From Lepidodermella squamata (taxonomy: Eukaryota > Animalia > Gastrotricha): a DNA stretch of 64,000 nucleotides. The notes below the pieces were generated by a model that saw nothing but the letters and a program-made list of their open reading frames with translations, searched no databases and was not told the origin of the DNA. The number at the start of each line of letters is the position of its first letter. The first letter of the stretch is position 1. This document shows, piece after piece, positions 36,855 to 49,600 of the stretch. Location of the stretch: positions 992,001 to 1,056,000 of the forward strand of contig JBLDXI010000001.1 of the NCBI GenBank assembly GCA_047495785.1, read 5' to 3'. Position numbers and translations under genes: made by a program.

Positions 36855-39800
36855 TTATTGTGCCGTTATTCAACTTTTCATTAAAATAATTATTTCTATA
36901 AATAAGTAGAAAAAACTAGGCATTAAAAAAGGTGGCTTTAAAAAATGGTAATTTAATAAATCGCCGATAATTTAAGTGATGAAATATCGCGCAATTCAGT
37001 AATTTGATAGTCTGCGAAAAAAATGCCATTCATTAATACAAAATAAGACGCAATGACTTGAGGAAATTGCCAAGCGATACGATCTGAGATGGCAATAAAA
37101 TTATCAGACGCCAATAATAACAATAATAAAGGGCGGAATGGCAGCTGAACGTGTGATAACCAGTAAAAGAGTTTGCGTGAGAGAAAAGCGACAACGTGTT
37201 TATTCTGGGGCCATGCACACTGCTTTATTACACACGAGAGGTCTTGCGGACAAGTTCTCAGCGCACTTGCCGTGATTCACGTGGCCGCACAGGCCAGCAA
37301 TTAAACAACAAATCTCGCCTGAAAATTCAAGTGACCGTAGCTTTTACTGCTGGATTATTATGTAAGCAAATGAACGAGACGGGTGATGATGCGAATTAAA
37401 GTCTCTACCGGCTTCCTCGCAATGGCTGAACAGTGCATGCTATAGACCTCTAATGGGCCATCGAGAAATAGGTATAAAGTAAATAAATAAATGCGTTGGC
37501 TAATAATGTTATTTGGAGCAATATAATCGAAGTGGGTATTTTTCTTCTATCGAAAAACGTGAAACAAACCAGAAAACAAGCTGCTCAACAGAGGCGCTTA
37601 CGCTCTGGCACATCACCGCCATTTAATATTATTATTGTTATAAATGCGAAATGTTTTGTTAGGTAGGTATTCTAACAGCGAAATAATAAGCGCTGCATTT
37701 AATACAAAGAATGTGCTCGCGCGCGTCGCATGTTGTGGCAGGAGAACGGCAACCAACTAAAACGTTTTTACTAGGCGAAAATACGCGCAGCAATCTACTA
37801 TTATACTACAATTTTACTACCATAGCTGTAGTCACCTCTGTATTATAATTGCCGATATTCGTTGTAAATACTAATAGTAATGCTAATGCTAGTGAATAGC
37901 ACCACTCGAGTCTCGACTTGAATTATTTCTACGCTGCTCGGTGATGACGAGGTAAAATATGCATTCATACGCGTGACGAGTGCTATCCGATAAGCTATTG
38001 CGATAATATCAAAGGCCAGCGACACTGGTCAGTTTGACATGGCGTATATAGGATGAAAAAACCAGGCTGCAAAATAGTTTCACGCGCGCATAGAAAATAC
38101 AAATTACAGGTGCACGACGTATTGATTCAACAAGCTTCGTTTTATATTAAAAAATCGTGATTTATAATTTATATTAAGGTGGAATTGTTAGAAAACAAAT
38201 TTATCTCAGTGCATATAGCTCGCACATATATTTTTATAAAAAAAAACCGGGAAAATGAGACGTTGATGTGTAGAAAATGAGGTAGGTATAGCGTATAAGA
38301 TAAAGGGTTGTAAGATAGGTACACCTACGAGTATATCATAAATATCAAGGACTGAGGGCGCAGATAGGCGAGTCGGAAGCTCTCAATGAGCGGCAAATTA
38401 TCCACCGCTAGTAAATATATGATAAAGCAGAGCGTTGTTGTTATTGCCGGCATGACCCAAGCTGCGAGCCGTGCGACATCACAAAAGGATGAAAGATAAT
38501 TACCTCGGCACATCGGCATCGCAGTGCAGGTGCACATTATTATTGCTCGAAGGTATTTAGGGCCATCATTATTTTTGCGATTACCTGACGCCATGGGCAG
38601 AACAAATAAAAACAAAGCTGCGAACCTGCGAAATCCGCGGCGACTGGAGAGCTGATGTTGTTGTCAGTCGTCTCAGTCGCTAATCGTGGCTCACCCACAG
38701 GTGAAATACTACGTAATAATTGTCACGCACTTGATGGCAGAAGTACTCCGCCATTCTTGTATTATCTCTATATTTAAATGACATGATGATACGTGAGGGA
38801 TGACTTGAGTTGAGTAAACAAGGTGGCTAAAAGAATATATTTCGCGTTTTTTCCACTCATTCGTCATCACTTCAAACAAGCTTGCAGAGAATTAGATTAC
38901 TGGGTGCAACTGAGTGAGGCGGCGCGTGTTTTAACGAAGTGTTGGGTGGGGCGGGGGAGCTCTCGATTCAATTTAGCGCCGCGGCGCCGTATGGCTAGTG
39001 AAGATGCGCCCCGGCGTGATCTTTCGGCGCCAAGCAGTGCGTGATGAAATGAAATTTCGAATGTAATTGATAACAACGCGTGTATAGCTGTATGGAAAGC
39101 AAGTTGTCGGGTAGAAATAAATTGGTTGCTAAATGAAGTTAGCGCGAAAGCGTTGTTGACAAGAAATTGCTGCCGCTAAAATTATTATCGCCTAGCGATA
39201 AACGCTGCGATTGTTTTACAAGATTGCAAGGCTCGCCTTATGTTTATCAGAAAATTGAGCTTGGTCAGGGATAGAAATACTTCGCGAAAATGCGAAGGCG
39301 GACATTGGCTGAAGTTTCTGGAGAGATATTCCCGCCCCATTAAGTTCACCTTTCGCATGTGTCATATTGCTACTTTTTTGTATGTGCAATGCATATCAGT
39401 TAGTCTATGCCGTTAGTCGACGTGGCGATGGGCAATATGTAATATGAGACCTGCCGAATGTCGATATTTGCTTATTATTTGCGCACCTTATCGATTATTA
39501 CCCAAGTTATCATGTGAAAACCATATGCGTCTACGAATGCAAAATGACTGCACCGGCTTTGCTATATAGGTGGAAAAGGCAATAAATCAGAATAAAAATG
39601 GTTTATTAATTGTGAAAAAACTTGCTAAATAAAGCGAATGGCGTACGGAGCTCACGGGCAGCTGACTCTCCAAGACTCATGAAAGCAGCCCAAAAAGAAG
39701 CGCGTCCAAGTTCACAGGGGAGATTTTCAGCCATCTACCTCTATGCGACCCGCAAATGGCGCCTTTGATCTCAGACCGACCGAAAAAAGGAAAAAACTAG

Positions 39801-40079
39801 GTCACTGTCGTCGCACTAGACTACTGCATAGATTGAAAGGAGAGCAATAATATCATAGCCCATGTAATTTAATTATAGTCTCTTCGTGCAAGATATTATA
39901 GGTTCATTTTCCAGATTTTCTTGAGAAAATCGATCGATCTAAAGGACGCGAGCCATTTCGGCTGATTAAATACTTGCATTTTATTAAGATTTGGATCGAA
40001 TATAAATATGGATGTTAAAAATGGTTTTTCTGTCAAAAAATCACGACACATAATGGTTTAGGATGAATGTGAAAGTAAT

Positions 40080-42289
40080 TCAGAGCTTGTTTTCATCCTC
40101 AATTGTCATTGACACCGAAGCCGGATTCGCCGCGGAGAAAGAAGCCGAAGTAATAACAATGTCATTGATATCAGGACAAGCTTCGTTGCTACCTCCAGAA
40201 CTTCGCTCAACGTTATTATTACCAGCACTGTATTTTGACTTGCGACTGCTTTTATGGTGGCTACCATGTTTCCGCCGCGATGATGTATCACCGCTGATAT
40301 CATCGATAACAACCGGAATCCGCCTAACACTGCCTGATTTGTGTGATTTTGTAACAGCCGCTAGAGACGTGAAACCGCCGTCGTCGAAATTGCCATTCTT
40401 CAGCTTGTAATCGTCGTGGTTACCACTTGCAACAGACAGGTAAACTCGCGACTTGCCGTTCGAACCCAGCTCGTTATCTCCCACATCCGAAATGTCGAAA
40501 CAGGCACTTGGATCGGTAAAGCCAGATGGGGCATGATGGCTACTGCGACGGGAGAATATAGTCGTAGTTTTACCCGATGAACTGTGTCTAGCACTGCCGT
40601 TACTTCCATTTGCAGTGAAGGCTGAAACCATGAATTTATTAATAATTCGAAATTTTATTCGTTGAGTTATTTTAACCTGATGGAATTATGCTGAGAAACG
40701 CGTCTGTGTTGATTTTTTCACCCGGAATAAGATGCCGAGATCCGCCATGGTGTTGCCGCGGGAGATTTTCAATATTCACGAAACCGCCGTTAAGTTGAGC
40801 GGCAGTCACCGGCGCCGTTCGCTTGTGCCGGTCAAACGGTGAACTTCGAGCAACAACATAGCTAAAATTCGAGAAAAAATAATTTAAAACTGAAAATTCG
40901 ATTTTCTTATCTTACTTTTGAGTTCTATAAAATTTCGAGCAGCAGGGTGCGACAAACGTTTCGAAGATTGCCCGTCGGAATGTGAATGAGAAGCCGATAT
41001 AGAGGAAGCTTTTCAGGAGACAAACAAGGAATAGCAAAGCAGTCGTTATGAAGCGACGCGATAAGCAAAGTGAGCTGGCCGATGCTGAAAGCGGGGCGAA
41101 AGCGACGATGAGGGCGCATACCGAACAGGCTATCCACAGCAGCAGGGTGGCCCACATTATTTTGTAGCCATCGACGAATTTAGCGTTGAACGAATTCGTG
41201 AATTCTGGCTTACGACGTAGGGACAATTTCTTGCACAAAAACACGCTGTTAGACCCGGGCAATGGCAATATCGACCAGATTTGAAACCACGTCACGGACA
41301 TGAACGCGATCGAAATGCTCATTAGCACGGTGTAAAATACCGAAATTCCAGCCACGATAGCAACTGCAGTATCTGAAGGAATGATGAAGCAGCCGAATGA
41401 GTAGAAAGAAATGGCCGGAGTTATATTGACAACGCTGTCTCGGTAATCAATTTTTACGCTGGTCGAATTGAGCACAATAATTTCTTGACTATCGAAATTG
41501 ACGTTCTGGAGGTTATTGGTGATGTTGTAAGGAGTTATTTTGATGGGGTTCACTCGAACGTTATCACGGGTCATTATAACATCGTCGCGGATTACGTTGA
41601 TACCGATAGCAATTGTTAGGAAAAAGAAAACTGTCATACTAGCGACCAGCAAAGTTCGACCTTTCGCCCATCTTGGAACTTCAGGCTTCGAAATTCTGCA
41701 ATAAAAACCGATTTATTTTGATACTGGAAATTATCAAAATTAATTACGCGAGCCATCTATTGAAAGATCCAACAGCCAGGAATGCCGATTCGAGCAGCAG
41801 AAAAATTAATGGCATGAGCACAACAAGGCGGCAAGCCATTGAGCCGGCGTTGCAAATGCCCAGCTGCAGGCTATTTGTCACGAGGAAATTGCTTGGTTCA
41901 ATGAATGTCGCGATAGAAAGACCCAACTGCACGCCGACAAACAAAATATCGAGCATGGATATTGCTGAGAATAATACACGAATAATTATTTGGAATTATT
42001 TCCTGTAAAAATTTATACCGAGAATAACTGAGCTAAAATTTGAGCGCCGCCCTCGAAAGCGGAGATGCACGAAAGATGTGGAAATGTTGACGAAAATAGC
42101 GAGGCTTGCGATGAACCCGAGAACCGTGATTTGCCATGACATGGTGCCAATAACCTGGCGGCGCAACTCGGCCGCATCTGACGCTTCTGTTAGTGGGGCT
42201 GTGAAGTCAGATTCAATCTGCTTGACGTTGGTCACAAAACTCTCGACCATTACTCCAACTTGCCCAGTTGCACTTGCTAGAGCATTCAT
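40080..42289 (-). CDS. Divergent class A (rhodopsin-like) orphan GPCR with long Ser-rich C-tail
   Basis: Exons 42289-42019, 41964-41748, 41695-40916, 40861-40677, 40621-40080. Seven hydrophobic segments; N in TM1, LA...D in TM2, Cys at top of TM3, NRW at the DRY position, KSFLY...F.FR at NPxxY/helix 8. Confidence 0.75.
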
Positions 42290-43201
42290 TTTTTAACAGC
42301 AGCAGGTCAAGATTCAAACAGTGGAATGAGTCATTGCTTGATTTCAAGAAGTTGTTTGATTAGAAAGTGATTTAAAACAAATTTTCCGCCGCGTTCACGG
42401 CTGAGCCTTTCCTGGCGCGGTGTGTTTCAGATCGATATACACTGCGGACCGTGATGCAGGTGCTTGTTATTATATTACTAACACGTCATGCGACGGTGAA
42501 CGCTTTTTATTATTGAATTATATTACTATCAAACAGGTCGCATCACTTCGTGCGATTTTTAAGAAAATCACGATCCGAGCGGAGGCAATTAACATGATCA
42601 TCAATACCTGTGACAAGACTCATCATAGGCTTGTGCACTTGATGTAACATGAGTCGGGGTCTCCGTGCAGAACCTTTTGATTACAACTGAGACGCCGCGC
42701 TAGGAATAGCGCAAATAAGGAAGCTATGTAAAATTATAAAAAATAGACACAAATTCGCCTCAACTCCACCCTGTCGCAAGAACTCACTTGAAAAAAATCA
42801 AAATAGATTATAGCCAATGGGGTCAAAGTAATTGTTGGCCATATAATAGCTATTTTAAGGCTCTAGCTTTATTTTTAAATTTTGACCGGATACATTATTG
42901 ATTCGATAGATAATTTCACATTGGCGAGTCCTATGATGAAATTACTCCAATTTATCAGCGTGCTCTTTGAAAATTTTCATGATATCGGGCTTTTCGATCG
43001 GCAGTGAAAACTTTCCCTGGAAAATTAAAAAATAGGATTAAAGGATTTTTATATGCATTTATAATCTTACAATTGACGATCGGTGTTGCATTAGCATACT
43101 GGCGACAAAATTGAACATTTCTTGCTTCTCGGCATTTTCGAAGCGAACGTTCAATCTGGGAATCAAGGGGTTCAAATCGATTGAAAATAGCAAAGAAAAT
43201 A

Positions 43202-43659
43202 TTACTCAGAGTGTTGATGCTTGCCGTCATTTGAGTAAACGCGGTCGCTGAAAGCTTGGAGCTGGGCGCCGAAGTCCATAAAATCGGCCTTGCTTGAAAA
43301 TACAGCCACGCGGCGGCTTTGGATGAATTCAAGAAACTTTTCAATCACGTGGTTCAAAACTTTGATAATACTGTTGACCAGAGTTGGTCCGACTGGAAAT
43401 TAGGAAATGATCAATTTTTTTTTCGTCAAACGGTTATTTCCAACTAACCTTCATGAACGATGAAGCTAACATCAATGACAGGTAGAGGTGCAGCTCTTGC
43501 CTCGGCCTCAGCACGGGCCTTGTCTTCTTCAACCACGGCAATTTTCGGGTTGAGGCGATTGAAAAACGCGTCCATTGAAGTGTCTTGTTCGTCCCCTGCG
43601 CAAATCACGGCGCCGACGAAAATGGCTGCGAAAAAGAAGCTAACGGCGGCAATTTTCAT
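43202..43659 (-). CDS. Small secreted peptide precursor (133 aa)
   Basis: Exons 43659-43449 and 43392-43202 (56-nt GT-AG intron). Signal peptide MKIAAVSFFFAAIFVGAVICA, acidic pro-region, X-A/X-P dipeptide run, amphipathic helix, RR site. Confidence 0.7.
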
Positions 43660-44000
43660 GTTGGTAAGCTATAATTAAGTTAACGTAAGTAACTATAAGT
43701 GGTGTCAGTAAATGAATAGAATAGAGCAGCTAAATGGCGAGTATCACTGAGTGAGGGCGTGTCGATTATAGATAAGGCTCGAGCAAATATTACGCGGCAT
43801 CACAATTGGCGGTAAAAGATATCTCACGGGCGAGCTAGTGCATACATAAATCGGCCGAAATTCTCTGGATAGTTTTTTTTCACAAACTTTTAAGTAACAC
43901 AAGTTCGGATAGCAGTTCGGGTCTAGGTATTCGATTCAAATTAATCTCGGATCTTGGATGCTTAAAAATTTGCGATCACAGCTTTCGTGAGTTTTTAACC

Positions 44001-44072
44001 GGCTCAGTAGCTTAGTGGTAGAGCGTCTGTCTCGTAAACAGAAGATCGCGGGTTCAATTCCCGCCTGGGCCT
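44001..44072 (+). tRNA. tRNA-Thr(CGU)
   Basis: Cloverleaf with acceptor GGCTCAG/CTGGGCC, anticodon stem TCTGT/ACAGA with loop CTCGTAA, T-arm GGTTCAATTCC; followed by a TTTT Pol III terminator. Confidence 0.95.
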
Positions 44073-44237
44073 TTTACTTCTTGGAGTAATCGATCAGGGA
44101 AATCAAGAGATGACACCATTTATAACCATAAAAAATTTCAAATTTATTTGTTCAAAATAATTTTTACTTTTGCTGAAAAAATTGAAAAAAACCGGAACGT
44201 TTCAACCGGATCGAGGTATAAAAAAATAAATCACCAG

Positions 44238-45635
44238 CTAACAAAACGGCGCCTCCGAGCTCGTTGTCCCACAAAAAGATCCGCTGATATCGGGGGTTTT
44301 GAACGAGTGATAGCCCATAATCTGAGTTTCATTCCTAGCGCAAGATTTCGTCGAATTCATACTCTCCTTGATGTTACACGGGCAAAAATTGAATGTTGAC
44401 GTGCAATTTGCTGTTTCGGGTAGATTGATGGATGCCGCGAATAGATGAGGAGCTCGATAGTGACCACACGCGAAATAAGCCATAATTTCCCCCATCAACC
44501 AAACCGGGGTTCCGGGAGGCATGAACTCTTTCTCGCAACCTTTCAAATAGATATCCGAGATAATATAAGTGTATTATAAGCTAAAGCTAACCTGGCTGTA
44601 GCTTCTGGTTATTGACGAAAAAATCCACATGACCTACATTAAAATTCAAGCCCTGAAAAAATTCCGAATTTCTCAGGTGTTCCTTTACCCAGCGAATAAT
44701 TACCATCAAAGAGGTGTGAATGACGTCGACAAAGAGTGCATCACTTTTATCGACCCGTGCCTCGGGATGATCCTGTTTATTGAACAGCGGTGCTGCGGGA
44801 TCGATAGCCGACAACCGGCGCCACTTCTTCCGCGCGTGTTTACTCATAAAGCCGCAAACATGTGAGCCAAGACTGAAACCGATGCAATGAGCTTTCGTCA
44901 TATTAAATTCGCGGTTCGATTCAAGAAAGTTGACACTTGCTGCGGCGATTGAACGGGTATTGCTCGCTGCTTGCGAATACACGTGAACTATTGGGTCGAA
45001 ACATAATGCCGCGCCTTGTCTCCAATCAATGAAGAGGATCGTAATATTTGGCTAAAAATTAACTTCTCTATACGCTTCTGAATAATTATCGAAAAATTTC
45101 AGAAAATCACGTTATGCTCGAGCAAAGCTAAGGAGATCGGAACGTTCCAATCCCGAGTCCCGTTGTAGTCGCCAGTAAATCCATGGGTCATAACCACCAA
45201 GTTGTCCACATCAATATCATTTGCATCTTTCACTTCGCGAGGATCGATTCCATCTCCTGTAGCATTCAGCTCCAACACAAAGAAATTTGGCGGTCTAAAA
45301 TTACATAAAAATCGTTAAAACTCAGAAAAGTCGCAATTGAATAAAACATTTTTTCCGGATTTTGGGGAGGGGGCAGATCATGGAATGGTTGCGTTGTTGA
45401 GAAACATCCGACCACTGGGAAGCAGGCCAAGTTCGGAGATGGTGGCGATTGAAAGAATTTCAACAGACTCTCAGGTGGGGATCCTTGTCGATGAATAGCG
45501 CAGCCGCTTGAAAACCTGGCAAATATTTTGCAAATTATCTAATCGATTTATTATATAATTTGCTGACCTGAAATTCAAAAGTGAGTATACGCAAAAGAAA
45601 ATCAAAGCCAACATCAGAGTATTTGCTATAGGCAT
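44238..45635 (-). CDS. Secreted pancreatic-lipase-family lipase/phospholipase A1-like protein without PLAT domain
   Basis: Exons 45635-45568, 45515-45348, 45294-45111, 45051-44704, 44652-44592, 44539-44238. Signal peptide, CF..VGCF, THGF, IDW, GFSLG (nucleophile), IDPAAP (Asp), DA.FVDVIHT, GHVDFF.N...QPGC, CGHYRA (His); ends at APFC. Confidence 0.9.
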
Positions 45636-46691
45636 ATTTCTGTCGGCAGCTTCAGTTCGTGTGAAAACTGCATGATGAGCAAGTAATCAGATTAATTTTT
45701 AGATTTACGCCGAAAAGGCGCCCCTCGAAATTTCACGCCCCTACTTGAAGGTTAACACGATAATTACACGCGTAGCTTAGTTCACTCCTCATGCTATAAT
45801 GCATCCAGGGTAGCAAACGCGTGTGGCTCTTTAGATCCCAAAAACACTTGTTTATTGCTGCCAAGAAGGGCGTGGGCTGCGAAGTTTACTCTTGGTCTGG
45901 CTAAACGAAATGAGAATATGTATTCAGGTGTCATTCTTCGTGAATTTAACCATGAGCGCAGCAACCGCGCGAGTATATTGACAACCGGAAATTTTAAATA
46001 GTTTCAGATGCACTCTTCCATCTGTCAAGATGGCGCTTTTTCATGAAGCCCCGCGAAAAGGGGCATGATTCATCGATGTGATGCAATCATTTGATCATCC
46101 AACCCAACTATTTAAAGCTGTTCTCTTTCTTGACAAACACAGTCAAATTAGCCCATTTTCCCTGGTGTTTTATAAACAGCTTATCAATCCGATAAGCTTT
46201 CCTATGTTTGAAACTCCATTAAAAACTGGCGTGCGCTGGGACGAACTTGAAGCAATACCACTGCTAACTCCTCCAACTTCTAATAGTGTCACAGTGCTTT
46301 ATAGGAAGGCCTTTATCTCTGTGCTTATGGTATGTACAGGCCCCCAGTGCACATCAATCAATATGCAGTATTCCATTTGCAGCATCGTGCATCATGCGGC
46401 ATAGTTGTATGCATAATTCACTTGGCAATACATAGGTATTGCATAAGCTAAAACTACGAATAAGCTTACCTGACATGAGGCAGCATATCCTGCTGTGAGC
46501 ATCGTGTTGGCGTTCCATCGTGATAATGATTCATACCACATTTTCCAAGGGGCACGCGCATGGCACACGATTTTTTGTTCAAGTTAGCGAAAAAAAACTC
46601 AATTGAAAAATAATTATTTTGAATAGTTGCCAGCCATTTCTATTCACAAGCTATCGCTTCTCTTTTTTAGATTCATCTCACTAATTTTGAA

Positions 46692-49600
46692 ATGACCAAG
46701 CTGAAACTTTACTCCGTTCCTGATGGGTTTGTGGGAAAGTATCTATTCGCCCCAGCATCGGACGCGAAACGGCAAAAGATTCAAAAACGGGAAATAAAAA
46801 CAATCGTTATTCTAGATGGATCTGGTTCCATGGGCAACGAAGTCAAGCGTCTTACAGAGGACATCATCCCCAAATTTCTGCTAAACCTCGGTTACGGCCA
46901 ATCCGACCCTATTACGCTGATCCTGTTTGAGAGTCAGGGCCATTTTTACGATACAACCCCAAAAGGTATTGCGAAGTTAGGCCTCCGTAACATGGGCAGC
47001 ACTGACATGGTTAAAGCGATCGAGATATTGGAGAGCGTAGTCAAAAGTCTCAAGTCTGACAAACCAATTCGACTGCTCACCATCTCAGACGGCGAGCTTG
47101 ATGATCAGAACGCAACTGTTAAAGCTGTGACGAAATTGGCTCCGTTATTTCAACATCGACGAACGAGCTCGAAAGCCATTCGCTACTTCACAAGCTCGGC
47201 TAACCCAGACACCCGTGGAATGGCCAGTGTTCTGCAATTCAACACCATTGATTCTTGCAACTCTTTGATTGACATAAATGCCAAGAAAAAACCTGAAGAA
47301 ATCATTAGCGAGATTGTCAACCTCTTTCGGAATGATGGACTCGAGTATCGCGACGAGATAACTTCAGACGCCGCTATTCAAATGCTGCCCTGGGACGATA
47401 ACTGCATGGGTTCTACCAACATTGTAGGTGGCGAGAACGTGTTTTGGTTCAAAGAGTTGCCTCGAGATGTCAGAATCAACGGCGAGCCTATTGAAGTTGA
47501 AGAGTGCGGTGATGTTACGTTCTCTGATTGGCAAGTCCTGGAGACGAAACTGAAAAGTATGGCCTACAGGTTGAAACTTCTTAATGTCGTTGGCACAGAC
47601 GCCGGAGCTGAAGAAGTCGAAAAGGCGAAATTGTACATTGACAAATGGATGCAAGCCCTCGAAGCCGCCGAGCAGAAAAAGAATGAAGACAAAATCAATC
47701 CTGACCTATTGCACAACCGGATGTTGATTTTCAAAGACAAGGCAAAACGTCAAACTCGGGCGATCTTTTACGAGCTGTCTCAAATTTGCAACCAAGGCAA
47801 AGTTTCGGCTTTGAACTCGGCCCAGCAAGCTGAGTATCTGCGTAGCGTCGGAACAGGTAGAAACAGCAAAGCCTTGGCTCGGCGAGCTTTCAAAGACGGC
47901 TTGGACTTTGATGTGGTTCTTCACGATGAGGTCGAGCAAATGAGGAAGCATCTTTTTGAACTTGATGGTGTTGACGACTCAAGCCATGTGCCGTCATTCT
48001 ATTCATACGCGACTACAAAGGCTGGAATCAAGGCCCTGTGTGAGCTTTTCGACGACCCTGAGATATTTGATACTATGCAGCCGATGGAAATTCTACAAAT
48101 GATCAACATAGTTGGAGTTGCTTGCCAAGGTCCAGTCGGCGACTTCCCAGATCCAATGACATGGCGCGTTCGGAAAATGTTCCCTGGAACCTACGTCAGT
48201 GTGTCCGATTTGATTGTCGCTTTCAGCCAAAGTGGAACTCACGATCATTTGACTATTCCTCAATCCACAGAAGTAATAACTAACGCCATTCCGTATTTTG
48301 AAGACCGTCGTCTTCAAAACTTTCTGCAGAAATATGCCCCGAACATGTTGGACTACATCTGCTCGATTGGTATGAGGAATGTGTTAGCTGGAGTGCCGAA
48401 GACGTACGTCTACACCCTTGCTAGTGGTGTTTGGAAAATGGTTCAGGAGCTCGATGAGAATAAGTTCGAAATCAACGTCAACACTTTTTGCAGACTTGCT
48501 CGGAGTTTCGAATCAGCGGCTAGTAAATCTTTCGACGATGTGCTTGAGGTCATTGGGGACCAACCGCCAGTGAACGGGAAAGTGATGTCGTTTTACCTGA
48601 AGAACAATGGCGTTATCAATTTGATTGCTCCGATGATCCGCCTCGCTCAGGCCGGTCGACTCCGCCCTCCAATTTTATGCCGCATCATTCGAGCTTTGTA
48701 TTCCCACGAAATATACCTGGTTGCTCGCAAATCTCTCAAAGAAGACAAGCGGAAGATTCAACAGATTCTTGGAATCGACCTTGAGAAATACGGCACTCCT
48801 GTATCAGATTTGTTTGTTGAGAATTGCAAGAATCCTCGATTTCATGATCAATACCACTTGGATGAACCATCTTTCGCTGAATTGGCCTCGTTATTTTGGT
48901 ACGTCGACTTCATCACTCTTCTTCCGGAGTTGCTGAACTGCCTTTATCGACACCAAGACCCTGTCCAGGCGATAAAAGCTCTCCCGAAGATGAGCGAAGC
49001 GAGTATTTGTAAAGCTCTTGGCATTACTTGTGATCTGCAGACTTTCAAACTTTTGAACGTCGTTCAAACTGTGGTTTATGATTCGCAGCAGAAACGTTGG
49101 AACGAAGCTGAGAATCGCATGAATATGATCGACCTGGGCGTGCAAGAAGAAGCCGAGGCATTTATCAAAGATTATGTCCAATCATTCTACAAAGCCGACT
49201 ATGAACGCCGCCTGGCTGTCAAAGAGGTTGAAGAAGTGAAGGCAGTAGCTGCCCACCTAGTCAATGAAATGCTTGTATCAGATGACCTGGAAATTTTCAA
49301 GTCAATGCTGGGCAACGGTGGCGAATTTAAGGGTCGTCAACATCGTATTCTTAATAGAGCATCAGTTGGTTTCGATCTCTTGGACCAGGGCTTGCTCGAT
49401 TTGCAGAAGGATGTACCTCTCAGGTTGGAAAAGCTGCGAGTTTTATTGACCGGGCGACATCTCGACTCAGCAGTCTGGAATCGTGGCAATGTGGTTGCTC
49501 TAGTCGACAAGGAGCCCTACGCAGCTGTTTTTGCTAGGCTAAATGGGCAAGCCCAGTGGGCGGAGATCCTGGAGATTTACAGAGCCAGCCGTCATATCTA

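Noticed and set aside
42955-43344. 129-aa minus-strand ORF
   Set aside because: Non-ATG start and a different frame from the spliced second exon of the secreted peptide gene.
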